A stretch of DNA of 64,000 nt from an uncultured Planctomycetales bacterium (GTDB lineage: Bacteria > Omnitrophota > Gorgyraeia > Zapsychrales > Fredricksoniimonadaceae), in NCBI GenBank assembly GCA_964572155.1, contig CAZNDZ010000001.1:143300-207299 (forward strand), given 5' to 3'. Made by a program: the position numbers and the translations under genes. Under the pieces are notes generated by a model. The model was not told where the DNA came from, made no database searches, and saw only the letters and a list, made by a program, of their open reading frames with translations. Positions 1 to 9,062 of this stretch are shown here, piece by piece (within the stretch, counting starts at the first letter, position 1; the number at the start of each line of letters is the position of its first letter).

Positions 1-143
1 AACGCTTCGCTATTCTTCAAAAAATCTTCATCAAAGTGCTCTAAGATATACCCATACGTCCGCGCATAGGGTAAGAATTTATTCTTGATATAAGAAAATG
101 CGGCTTCCGTTTTGGGATATTGTTTAAGAAGAGTTGTGGAAAT
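1..143 (-). CDS. hypothetical protein, first 47 codons only (gene runs off the window start)
   Basis: ATG at 143 on minus strand opens MISTTLLKQYPKTEAAFSYIKNKFLPYARTYGYILEHFDEDFLKNSEA with no stop before position 1; divergent from the carrier-protein gene; too short for the ORF track. Confidence 0.25.
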   Translation of the reverse strand, partial: MSTTLLKQYPKTEAAFSYIKNKFLPYARTYGYILEHFDEDFLKNSEA

Positions 144-204
144 CATAAGAAAATTATTGTAACATGAAAATCATCTTTGAAACTAGCAAAAATACGGAGA
201 AAAA

Positions 205-504
205 ATGACTGAAACATTAACAAAAATCCAAGAAGCTGTGTATCAAGCCTTAGACAGCATCAATGAAACCTTACCACCAGAAAGCCAACTGGCAAAATCG
301 CCAACCACCCCGCTTTATGATACATATGGATCAACGGATTCTTTGGTTCTCACCATGTTGATTGTTGCCATCGAACAAAACGTTGAACAAAAACTTGGTA
401 AACCAATATCGCTTATCGGAGAAAATGTTTTTGCCGCTGAAAACAATGCCTTAACCAATGTCGATTCCCTGTGTAATTATATCGCCAAGATCTTAGCTAA
501 ATAG
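205..504 (+). CDS. acyl/peptidyl carrier protein (ACP / DltC-like)
   Basis: 99 aa; GGAG 8 nt upstream of ATG; phosphopantetheine attachment motif GSTDSLVLTMLIVAIEQ. Confidence 0.65.
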   Translation: MTETLTKIQEAVYQALDSINETLPPESQLAKSPTTPLYDTYGSTDSLVLTMLIVAIEQNVEQKLGKPISLIGENVFAAENNALTNVDSLCNYIAKILAK

Positions 505-505
505 T

Positions 506-739
506 TTAAGGACTGGCCATAAATGGCCTTTGAAAATCTTCCGCTGTTGTTCCATGTCGTTTTAGATAAAGTTCGTACACGGCTTTATCTTTTTCATTTT
601 GAAAAAAACCATTATACACAATCCCCAATAAATATTTACCGCGCTTGATAAAACATTCTTGAAAATCAATCGATCGGGCTAATATTAGCCCGACGATCAA
701 AAACAAGAATATGTTGCGATATAGAATTTTTTGTATCAT
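506..739 (-). CDS. small hypothetical membrane protein (77 aa if started at ATG 739)
   Basis: ATG at 737-739 overlaps the TGA of the upstream 681-aa gene as ATGA (translational coupling); one predicted TM helix IFLFLIVGLILA; ORF-track start at 814 is probably too far upstream. Confidence 0.3.
   Translation of the reverse strand: MIQKILYRNIFLFLIVGLILARSIDFQECFIKRGKYLLGIVYNGFFQNEKDKAVYELYLKRHGTTAEDFQRPFMASP
515..535. terminator. hairpin GGCCAT-aa-ATGGCC followed by TTTGAAAAT between convergent genes
   Basis: perfect 6-bp inverted repeat plus T-rich tail immediately after the carrier-protein stop codon. Confidence 0.3.
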
Positions 740-2781
740 TTCTTCTGCTTTAACATGATAGCTGTAAGGATTAAGAATATCAACAGCGTCGCGGTGGTCA
801 GCAAATAAATCCATTGCCCACCGGGTGGTTGATACTTAAATTCAATCGTGTGTTTCCCTGCCAGCACCCACACACCTTTAAAAGCACCGCTGGCTTTGAT
901 GAGTTCGGCTTTCTGCCCATCGACCTTCGCTTGCCAATGCTGGGTATAGGCATCGTTATACACCAACAATTTTGTTTTAGGTAGATCCACGTTAAAGACA
1001 ACACGGTTGACATCAAAATGCGTCACTTTCACTTGCGAATTTTCTTGGGTTATCACTTGTCCTGCAGATACTAAATCATCATACAAATAAACTTTATATT
1101 TGGCGTATTGAGCCAAGGCCGCATCACCTAATTGCTTGGAGAGCATAAACACCCAACGTGCTGCGGCTTGCGGGTAACCGACTACCGCCGGCGCATCTTG
1201 CATGCTCATGGCATACCAAAAATCTTCATAGGGCACAAATTGATAAATGCGACACGTGCTCGATGCTGGATTGTCTGGACGCACCCATCCAAATTGTGGC
1301 GTTACATGCGCATTTGGCAAATCACATTTGAATTCAACGGCATTTTTTGCATAGGCTTGGATAATAAAGATGGGCTGTATCATGCACAAACACACCAACG
1401 GCCACAAAATGGCTTTTTTCATGAAACCTAAATAATACACGATAAAAAATATTGCACTCAATGCCAGAGTAACCCACATCACAGGCATCGTGCCTCCCAA
1501 AAATTTAAGATAAACACCTATCCCTACATGCGCAACCATAACGCCGACGATGGCTAATTTCTTTGAACTAAACGTATCGGTTTTAAATGCCAACAATGAC
1601 TGTAATTGCTTTAACGCAAAGACGATCGCCAGCGGGATTAAAAATGCGCCTAGGAAAAATAAGTTGCGGAAATATTTAAAAAAGAAAACATGGTCATATA
1701 AAAATCGGTGCACTGGCGCGGCACTCCCTAAACCAATCAACCCAATCCCTGTCATCATCCCGACGATCAACACATTGATGCGGTCACACCTTAAGAACAG
1801 CGACAAAACCATCAACACGTACATAAAAAATGGCACAAAAAATAAGGAGTCACTGCCAAATGTGATCTTATCTAGATGAGCAAACAAGTACCCAACGTCG
1901 AAACGCTCACCTAAGCCACCACTGCGTGCAATCTCTTCATAGAGCATGCCACCTTGATGGCTGATCGTGCGGTCATAACATTCTTGAGTCGTCGTATATT
2001 GACAGTGGCGCCCTGGGGATACCGCATCTCCGGAGGCGTCTAACATTTTATACGCCAACAAAGGCCCAGCGGCGATGATAACACCAATCAGACATAATAA
2101 CGTTAAAGGCACATGTGATAATTTAAACCGCAGTGAATTTAGAATAAATTGCCACGATGCTTTGGGAAATAACAGCACAACCCCCAACACAAAAACAAAC
2201 ACAACCGACAAAAAGTAAAATGGTAAATACGACGATACAGCGATCATGAGCGCGTAGGTCAACCCCAGAAAATTACCTCGGGTTTGCTCCGCTTTAAAAC
2301 GCAGTAAGAATAGAAAGAATAGGATGGTTGGTACTAAAATTTCAATAAAGGTAAATTGTGTAAAGATGCTAAGCCCCAAACTTGAAAATAATAGGGCGAT
2401 GTAGCCTATGTAAGCTAACTGCTTATCTTTCAGTAAGGTTTTAAGCAAAAAGTAAAAACCTAAACACCCACACCAAAAATACGCCACCATATAAACGGCA
2501 AAAGCAACATTGTAAGTTACGCCACAGATTTTTAATAATGGCATCAAGAGCGTCACGGGATTGAAAAGATTACAGATGGACAATGCGTAAAATGGATGAC
2601 CTAGGCTAACAAAGGGATCCCACAGCGGGACAACGCCATTAAAAAGGTTATTAAAATAAAACTTGGCGACCCCATAAATGGTGTTGGTGTCCATATTAAA
2701 GGGAATGGCACCGGTGATGAAATCTTTAACCAAGAAAATCCAAATGAATAATGGAAGGCAGAATTTTAATGCATTACGCAT
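736..2781 (-). CDS. polytopic membrane protein, YfhO-like / GT-C-fold glycosyltransferase-like (inference)
   Basis: 681 aa; more than 12 hydrophobic helices; C-terminal soluble domain followed by a terminal TM helix IYLLTTATLLIFLILTAIML, as in YfhO-type proteins. Confidence 0.55.
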   Translation of the reverse strand: MRNALKFCLPLFIWIFLVKDFITGAIPFNMDTNTIYGVAKFYFNNLFNGVVPLWDPFVSLGHPFYALSICNLFNPVTLLMPLLKICGVTYNVAFAVYMVAYFWCGCLGFYFLLKTLLKDKQLAYIGYIALLFSSLGLSIFTQFTFIEILVPTILFFLFLLRFKAEQTRGNFLGLTYALMIAVSSYLPFYFLSVVFVFVLGVVLLFPKASWQFILNSLRFKLSHVPLTLLCLIGVIIAAGPLLAYKMLDASGDAVSPGRHCQYTTTQECYDRTISHQGGMLYEEIARSGGLGERFDVGYLFAHLDKITFGSDSLFFVPFFMYVLMVLSLFLRCDRINVLIVGMMTGIGLIGLGSAAPVHRFLYDHVFFFKYFRNLFFLGAFLIPLAIVFALKQLQSLLAFKTDTFSSKKLAIVGVMVAHVGIGVYLKFLGGTMPVMWVTLALSAIFFIVYYLGFMKKAILWPLVCLCMIQPIFIIQAYAKNAVEFKCDLPNAHVTPQFGWVRPDNPASSTCRIYQFVPYEDFWYAMSMQDAPAVVGYPQAAARWVFMLSKQLGDAALAQYAKYKVYLYDDLVSAGQVITQENSQVKVTHFDVNRVVFNVDLPKTKLLVYNDAYTQHWQAKVDGQKAELIKASGAFKGVWVLAGKHTIEFKYQPPGGQWIYLLTTATLLIFLILTAIMLKQKK

Positions 2782-2805
2782 AGTAAAGATGATATCATAG
2801 CACCC

Positions 2806-4413
2806 GTGTTCAACTCAAAAAAATCTACCCTGATTTGTTTTTTTCTACTCACTGTCCTGTGCGGCATTGTGATTCATTTACCCTATCACAATTTCCAAAG
2901 CTTTGTGTCGCAAGGTGATCATGGCCGTGATTTATACGCGGCGGCGGCTGTTTTACGTGGTGAGATGCCCTACAAAGATTTCTGGTGGGTGTATGGCCCC
3001 CTCATGCCGTATTATTACGGCTTATTCTTTAAAATCTTCGGCATTCATGTGCCTAGCATCTTGCTTGGTAAAATGATCCTCAATATCGGTGCTGGCTTAT
3101 GCATCTTTATGGCTGTCACCCGCTTCTTTTCCCCCATCGCAGGTTTTGTCGCTGGCCTTTGGTTTTTGGTGTATCACGCGGATTTCTTTTTTACCTATAA
3201 TCATGCTGGCGGCATCCTCTTACTCGTCGCTGCCATCTGGATGCATTGGTCTTACATTAAAACACAGCAATTTAAATATGCGGCATTGTCCTTGCTCATC
3301 GTTGGCGCCTTAGGTCTTGTTAAGATCAACTTTGCTATCACAACGCTTATCATGGGTATTTTAACAATCCTGATTACCCGCCGCCTTAATAACAAAAGCA
3401 TTGATACAGGTGAAAAAACATTCTACGCGCTTTCTATATTAGGGTTGCCGTTATTTTGGTTTGGGATTTATAGCATTTTTGTCCAAGGACTCACCATCAA
3501 TGAAATTCGCCAATGCTTACCTTACTTAGGTGGGGATGAACCTTACAATAATTTAGGGCCCCTGCAAACTATCCCGCAATTGATTACGATCATCCTTAAT
3601 AATATCCGCTCAACATGGATTAGTTTTGGGCTTTGTGTGTTGATATTGTTATCCACTATGAAAACATTGCTCGACTTAACAAAATCCAAAGACAAAACCC
3701 TAATGCTCATCATCGGTTACGCACTTTTGTTCTACGCGTTTAACTTGCATGAGTTTATTAAAAGCGGTGTGTTTTATCGGATGTTTTGGTCTCAACCATT
3801 CACCGTCCTTTTAACCTTTATCATGATTGCATCCGCCATCCAAAGCCTTGCCAAGCCCATCCGATTTATCGTGTGGTCTGTATTGTGTGTCATTGCCGCC
3901 ACCTCCGCGTGGCAAACAACAACATTTATCAATTCATATAAAACACCCGCGCATTATTTAGGCAGTAGCCGCGGCCAAGTTTACATCACCAACGACAGCA
4001 ATTGGCTGCAAACGGTGGTACTCACAACCAAGCAATTAAACATCAATTTTAAGAAGGACGAACTATTCTTAGCCTTACCGTATGATTGCCTCTATTACTA
4101 CTTAACCGATAAGAAAACACCGACGCGCCAATTAATCTTTTTTGACCATATTAAAATACCTTTGGAACAAGAAGGCCGCATCATTCAAAGCCTTGAACAA
4201 CAAAAAATTGCAGGTGTATTACTATCAAGCAGACATTCAGCAAAAGAACCTGGGCTTGGCACCATGGGCGTTACCTATTGCCCGATGATGGCGCAATACA
4301 TCAACACCAACTTCACGCCTTACGCCAAAATTGGTGACTGGATTAATGAACCTGGTTGGGCGTGGAATCATGGCACCTATATTTTCAAACGCAAAGAAGT
4401 CCCTCATGAATAA
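2806..4413 (+). CDS. polytopic membrane protein, paralog A of a tandem pair (putative GT-C glycosyltransferase-like)
   Basis: 535 aa; N-terminal TM then conserved QGDHGRDLY..LRGEMPYKDFWWVYGPLMPYY; C-terminal block LALPYDCLYYYLTDKKTPTRQLIFFDHIKI shared with the next gene. Confidence 0.6.
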   Translation: MFNSKKSTLICFFLLTVLCGIVIHLPYHNFQSFVSQGDHGRDLYAAAAVLRGEMPYKDFWWVYGPLMPYYYGLFFKIFGIHVPSILLGKMILNIGAGLCIFMAVTRFFSPIAGFVAGLWFLVYHADFFFTYNHAGGILLLVAAIWMHWSYIKTQQFKYAALSLLIVGALGLVKINFAITTLIMGILTILITRRLNNKSIDTGEKTFYALSILGLPLFWFGIYSIFVQGLTINEIRQCLPYLGGDEPYNNLGPLQTIPQLITIILNNIRSTWISFGLCVLILLSTMKTLLDLTKSKDKTLMLIIGYALLFYAFNLHEFIKSGVFYRMFWSQPFTVLLTFIMIASAIQSLAKPIRFIVWSVLCVIAATSAWQTTTFINSYKTPAHYLGSSRGQVYITNDSNWLQTVVLTTKQLNINFKKDELFLALPYDCLYYYLTDKKTPTRQLIFFDHIKIPLEQEGRIIQSLEQQKIAGVLLSSRHSAKEPGLGTMGVTYCPMMAQYINTNFTPYAKIGDWINEPGWAWNHGTYIFKRKEVPHE

Positions 4414-5971
4414 AAATAAAATCTTTCTGATTCTGATCATCGCCGTAGTGTTTTTGATGGGTATTTATAAACTAAATTATTACCCGCAACTCTCCCAAGG
4501 TGATCATGGACGAGATTTATATTCTGCTCAAGCTGCGTTGCGTGGCGAACTGCCTTACAAAGATTATTGGTGGGTCTATGGGCCTATCATGCCCTATTAT
4601 TTTGCTGTATTTTATAAGATTGCAGGATCAAGCATCGTCGGATTTCTACTTGGAGACCTTGTATTAAAAACAGCGGCGGCTGCCTTTTTTTATTTAGCCT
4701 GCGCACAATTTATCCCTGCGTTTGTTGCTTTTATCGGCGCTATTTGGTTTGCTCAATCTCAACCCGATTTCTTTTTTACTTTTAATCACGCGGGCGGCAT
4801 AACAACGGAATTATTTATCCTCTTCTGCCTTTTTGCCTTTATTAAAAACCGTACGCCCAAGTATTTATGGATGTGTTTGCCTGCCATCTTGATTTATTGC
4901 TGCATTAAAATCAATTTTGGCCTAGCGGCATTTGTCGTCGTGCTGTTAACAGCCGCTTGTTGCAAATTCAAAGAGAAGAAATTCTATATCGCAAGCGCGA
5001 TAACGATCGGTCTTGTGGCGTTGATCTATGGACTCTTATTACAGGGGCTTAGCATCGAAGAAATTCGCCAATGCCATCCCTATTTTGGCGATGACCAGCC
5101 TCATCATTTTCCGCCCAGCATGACAATTCCTTATTATTTCATGCAACACTGGCTAACCTTCGTGCATGGCCCGATCAATATGATCATGGGCCTTATCTTG
5201 CACAGCGCAACATTGATTGTCATCGTGCGTGTACTGCTTAAAAAAATCGAACCCAAGGATCAACAGCTGCTTTTTTCAGCTCTTGGCCTTTTAGCTGTGT
5301 TCTTTATTATTAATTTTCATGAATTCGTCGTCAGCGGCGTGTGGTATCGCACCTATTGGTCTTTGCCGTTTTTATTTGTGTTTCATTTCTTGATGATGTG
5401 GCAGGCATTTCGTATTTTCCCAGCCTTGGTGCGCGGGATCATCTGGGCGGCATTTGGAAGTTTGTTTGTCTTAAATATCTTAGCGGGCTTCTTTACAACA
5501 CAATCACAAAAGATCCCACCACGATTATTAACCTCCGTGCACGGTCAAATATATTTAGGCAATGAAATGGAATGGACACAGACCGTCAACACCGTCACAG
5601 ACTACTTAAATAAAAACCTTAAAAAGGACGAGACATTTTTTGCCCTGCCCTACGATGACATTTATTATTATTTAACAAACAAAAAAAGCCCGTCTAGGAT
5701 GCTCATCTTCTTTGATCACATTAAAATATTACCTGCGCAAGAAGTTGCCATCATCAAAGAATTAGAACAAAACAACGTGGCCTATGTGCTCATGTCGAAC
5801 CGCATCGCCTCAAGCGAACGTGGTCTTGGGATATTCGGAAAAACCTACTGTCCTTTAATTGCCGCCTACATCAATCAAAAATTCACACCTGTCGCACGAC
5901 AAGGCGGTGATTGGCAAAAAGAACCTGGTTGGGGTAATAATCACGGGGTTTTGATTTTAAAGCGAAGGTAA
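4406..5971 (+). CDS. polytopic membrane protein, paralog B of the tandem pair
   Basis: ATG at 4406 overlaps the upstream stop (ATGAATAA); the protein from MNKNKIFLILII shares QGDHGRDLY..LRGELPYKDYWWVYGPIMPYY and LPYDDIYYYLTNKKSPSRMLIFFDHIKI with paralog A; the ORF-track start at 4331 lies inside the upstream gene. Confidence 0.6.
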   Translation: MNKNKIFLILIIAVVFLMGIYKLNYYPQLSQGDHGRDLYSAQAALRGELPYKDYWWVYGPIMPYYFAVFYKIAGSSIVGFLLGDLVLKTAAAAFFYLACAQFIPAFVAFIGAIWFAQSQPDFFFTFNHAGGITTELFILFCLFAFIKNRTPKYLWMCLPAILIYCCIKINFGLAAFVVVLLTAACCKFKEKKFYIASAITIGLVALIYGLLLQGLSIEEIRQCHPYFGDDQPHHFPPSMTIPYYFMQHWLTFVHGPINMIMGLILHSATLIVIVRVLLKKIEPKDQQLLFSALGLLAVFFIINFHEFVVSGVWYRTYWSLPFLFVFHFLMMWQAFRIFPALVRGIIWAAFGSLFVLNILAGFFTTQSQKIPPRLLTSVHGQIYLGNEMEWTQTVNTVTDYLNKNLKKDETFFALPYDDIYYYLTNKKSPSRMLIFFDHIKILPAQEVAIIKELEQNNVAYVLMSNRIASSERGLGIFGKTYCPLIAAYINQKFTPVARQGGDWQKEPGWGNNHGVLILKRR

Positions 5972-5976
5972 GAAAA

Positions 5977-6050
5977 CGGGGCCGACGAGACTTGAACTCG
6001 CGGTCTTCAGCGTGACAAGCTGATGTGTTAACCAACTACACCACGGCCCC
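5977..6050 (-). tRNA. tRNA-Asp (anticodon GTC)
   Basis: reverse complement GGGGCCGTGGTGTAGTTGGTTAACACATCAGCTTGTCACGCTGAAGACCGCGAGTTCAAGTCTCGTCGGCCCCG folds as a cloverleaf; anticodon loop TTGTCAC; CCA not encoded. Confidence 0.85.
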
Positions 6051-6102
6051 AATAAGATTTCCAATTGTACCAAAGGTTGAGGTGATGTCAACCTAAAATT
6101 TT

Positions 6103-6693
6103 CTAACGGAATTTTGGGCTGATCAGCCCCAAGCTTATAACCATCTTAAAACCGTCTTGCACACTCCAACCTGGATCAATCACGCTCTTGGATTCTGCCA
6201 AATAAACAAAGCCGATCACAGGATGTGCCATCGGAATATAAACTTTATACCACTCTTGGCCACTATCTTTATCCATCACCTTACCTGCTAAAAATGCAAT
6301 GCTATATTGCTTGTTATTAGGATAATTGACCAAGACGGTCTTCTTGTAAACATCCCCGCCTTTTTTGCCTAAGATATCGCTAATCTGACGGGCTAATAAA
6401 TAAATTTGTCTAATAAATGGAATGCGCGCTGTGATGCGATCAAATATCTTTAACATGCGACGCCCTATAACATTAGTAACAACATATCCAATAAATAACA
6501 ATACAAACAAAAGGATAATAATACCAAGCCCCGGTATTTGGCGAACATCGAAATATTGATCTAGGAACACGACCACACGATGATCAATTAAATGTAATAA
6601 TAACTTAACAACAATAAAACAGAGAAGTAGTGGGATGATGGCAAACATGCCACGGATGATGTTGGTGCGAATATGAAGGAAGAAATTTTGCAT
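6103..6693 (-). CDS. DUF502 family membrane protein
   Basis: 196 aa; two N-terminal TM helices; conserved blocks IPFIRQIYLLARQISD, KTVLVNYPNNK and VYIPMAHPVIGFVYL typical of DUF502/COG2928. Confidence 0.75.
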   Translation of the reverse strand: MQNFFLHIRTNIIRGMFAIIPLLLCFIVVKLLLHLIDHRVVVFLDQYFDVRQIPGLGIIILLFVLLFIGYVVTNVIGRRMLKIFDRITARIPFIRQIYLLARQISDILGKKGGDVYKKTVLVNYPNNKQYSIAFLAGKVMDKDSGQEWYKVYIPMAHPVIGFVYLAESKSVIDPGWSVQDGFKMVISLGLISPKFR

Positions 6694-6711
6694 GTGAAGA
6701 GGTGAAGAAAA

Positions 6712-6764
6712 TGGGCGGTGAAGGAATTGGTGCCCCGACCTCTGTCGGGGTCATCCCCCCGCCC
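6712..6764 (-). other. tRNA-like fragment / pseudo-tRNA carrying a copy of the tRNA-Val 3' end
   Basis: minus-strand GGGCGGGGGGATGACCCCGACAGAGGTCGGGGCACCAATTCCTTCACCGCCCA; its last 22 nt equal the 3' end of the tRNA-Val 119 bp downstream; contains a 7-bp hairpin CCCCGAC/GTCGGGG. Confidence 0.4.
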
Positions 6765-6830
6765 TATAAACTGTTCCTAATCGTCACAGTTTATAAACAG
6801 GGCTCCCTTCAATTCCTTAAGAAATTAAAA

Positions 6831-6904
6831 TGGGCGGTGAAGGAATTGAACCCTCAGCCTATTGAATGTAAGTCAATTGCTCTAACCAATTGAGCTAACC
6901 GCCC
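6831..6904 (-). tRNA. tRNA-Val (anticodon TAC)
   Basis: reverse complement GGGCGGTTAGCTCAATTGGTTAGAGCAATTGACTTACATTCAATAGGCTGAGGGTTCAATTCCTTCACCGCCCA; anticodon loop CTTACAT; 5' end overlaps the stop of the permease gene by about 10 nt. Confidence 0.85.
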
Positions 6905-8349
6905 GAAAATTTACGCTGTAGCTTACTATTAAATCGTCCATATGTAAAGTAGATGATTAATCCGATGGCAAGCCAGATGATTAGGCGCCACCATGTTTCG
7001 CCGTCTAATGATGTCATCATGGCTAAACAAACGATGATGCCAAGGAAGGGAAAAAGTGGAAAACATGGCGTACGATAGGGTCTTGGGAGCAATGGTTGTG
7101 AATAACGTAACACCATAACGCCGGCGCAGACGATGATAAATGCCAGTAAGGTGCCGATCGATGTCATGTGGCCTAATTTTGAAATGGGGAAAAACCCGGC
7201 AAAAAAGCTAACGAAGAACATGAATAATAAATTCGAACGCCATGGCGTACGCCATGTGGGGTGAATATCAGAAAATAATTTTGGTAATAGCCCGTCGCGG
7301 GACATCGAATAAAAGATACGGGATTGGCCTAAGAGCATGACTAAGATGACCGACGTAAAACCTGCGATGATGCCACCCTTGATCATCAATTGTAACCATG
7401 GGTATGGGGTTAAATTAATCGCAGTGGCAACGGGCGCGGCATCCCCCTTCATGTCTTGATAATTAACCATGCCAGTTAAGACTGACGAGAACGCTAAATA
7501 AATTAAAGTGCAAATAGCCAACGAACCTAAGATGCCAATAGGAACATCTTTTTGGGGATTGCGAGATTCTTGAGCGGTGGTTGAAACTGTATCAAAGCCA
7601 ATGTAGGCAAAAAAGATAATCCCTGCGGCGCGCATGATGCCTGATATACCAAATTCACCGAAATGACCTGTGTTTGGTGGGATGAATGGAACATAATTAT
7701 TTGGATTGATGTAATGAATCCCGACAGCAACAAACGCTAAAACAACGGCTAGCTTGATCACAACAATGATCGAATTAACCCACGCAGATTCTTTGATACC
7801 TATCATCAATAATATAGACACAGCAACGATGATGAGCATGGCAGGAATGTTCACAATACCATGCCCGATCGTCCCATCGGCCAAGGTGATCGTATCAAAG
7901 GGGCACGCTGTAAATTGTGCTGGCAAGTGAATGCCAAAATCGCTAAGCAATGAACCAACATAACGCGACCAACTAACTGCGACAACCGACGAGGCAACCG
8001 CATATTCTAAGACCAAGTCCCAACCAATGATCCACGCGACAAACTCACCCATGGTTGCATAGGTGTATGTATAGGCGCTTCCAGCGACAGGGATCATAGA
8101 AGCCAATTCGCTATAACACATGCCTGCAAATGCACAGCCAATGGCCGCAACCATAAATGATAAAACCACCGCAGGGCCAGCATTCTCGGCAGCGGCAATA
8201 CCCGTTAAAGAAAATAAACCTGCACCAATGATTGCGCCTATGCCAAGTGATACCAAACTCCATGAACCAAGCGTGCGTTTAAGGGTATGCTCGCCGGACG
8301 TTGAATCTGCAATCATTTGATCAATAGGTTTTTTGGCAAAAAGGTTCAT
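6895..8349 (-). CDS. APC-family amino acid permease
   Basis: 484 aa; 12 TM helices; N-terminal signature SLVSLGIGAIIGAGLFSLTGIAAAENAGPAVVLSF. Confidence 0.85.
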   Translation of the reverse strand: MNLFAKKPIDQMIADSTSGEHTLKRTLGSWSLVSLGIGAIIGAGLFSLTGIAAAENAGPAVVLSFMVAAIGCAFAGMCYSELASMIPVAGSAYTYTYATMGEFVAWIIGWDLVLEYAVASSVVAVSWSRYVGSLLSDFGIHLPAQFTACPFDTITLADGTIGHGIVNIPAMLIIVAVSILLMIGIKESAWVNSIIVVIKLAVVLAFVAVGIHYINPNNYVPFIPPNTGHFGEFGISGIMRAAGIIFFAYIGFDTVSTTAQESRNPQKDVPIGILGSLAICTLIYLAFSSVLTGMVNYQDMKGDAAPVATAINLTPYPWLQLMIKGGIIAGFTSVILVMLLGQSRIFYSMSRDGLLPKLFSDIHPTWRTPWRSNLLFMFFVSFFAGFFPISKLGHMTSIGTLLAFIIVCAGVMVLRYSQPLLPRPYRTPCFPLFPFLGIIVCLAMMTSLDGETWWRLIIWLAIGLIIYFTYGRFNSKLQRKFSGG

Positions 8350-9062
8350 CCAATTTCCTCCAAAATGTTAATTGCCGCTTGCTTTGGATTTTTGTCTGCA
8401 ACAATGGGACGGCCTATGACCAGAAAATTGCTGCCACTTGCCAGCGCTATCGCCGGCGTTGCCACGCGTTTTTGATCCCCCACATCAGCGCCTGCAGGAC
8501 GAATGCCTGGGGTGACAATGATAAAATCTTTTCCTAAAGCTTTGCGCACCATGGCAGCTTCTTCGACGGATGCAACGATACCATCTAGGCCGCATGCCTT
8601 GGCTAATGTGGCACGCTCTAAAACAATTTGATCCAAATTATCTGTCTTGGCTTGACTGGTTAACACGGTCACACCGACGATCAAAGGCCTTTGTACGCCA
8701 AGCAAGGCGGCTTGCTCTTTAGCCGCTTGTGCGGCTGCCTTTAACATTTCTTCCCCACCTTGGGTATGCACCGTCATCATAAATAAGGGTGCAAAATTTC
8801 TATCTTGGTTTGGAGAAACGCTTAAACTAACGGCGCTTTTAACGGCACTAGCAACGGTGTTTGGAATATCATGGAATTTTAAATCAAGAAAAACCTTTTT
8901 ACCTTTAGCTTGAACATAACGCGTAACAAAAGGTCCATAGGCGGTAAATAATTGCGAGCCAATTTTAAAAATGTCAATGTGGTCCGATAACTCATCGATT
9001 AACTTTTGAGCTTTTTCAAAGGTGTCCACATCAAGGGCCACCATCAAGGGATTCGTTTTCAT
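8346..9062 (-). CDS. pyrF: orotidine 5'-phosphate decarboxylase
   Basis: 238 aa; MVALDVD..KIGSQLF..DLKFHDIPNTV active-site blocks. Confidence 0.9.
   Translation of the reverse strand: MKTNPLMVALDVDTFEKAQKLIDELSDHIDIFKIGSQLFTAYGPFVTRYVQAKGKKVFLDLKFHDIPNTVASAVKSAVSLSVSPNQDRNFAPLFMMTVHTQGGEEMLKAAAQAAKEQAALLGVQRPLIVGVTVLTSQAKTDNLDQIVLERATLAKACGLDGIVASVEEAAMVRKALGKDFIIVTPGIRPAGADVGDQKRVATPAIALASGSNFLVIGRPIVADKNPKQAAINILEEIG

Noticed and set aside
4331-4405. ORF-track start of the second tandem paralog at 4331
   Set aside because: That start lies 75 nt inside the upstream gene. The in-frame ATG at 4406 gives the conventional 8-nt overlap and begins the conserved N-terminus.
6702-6893. 63-aa plus-strand ORF with a good SD (GAGGTG, ATG at 6711)
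   Set aside because: Overlaps the tRNA-Val on the opposite strand and reads the two copies of the 22-bp repeat in different frames. Most likely a by-product of the tRNA-fragment duplication.
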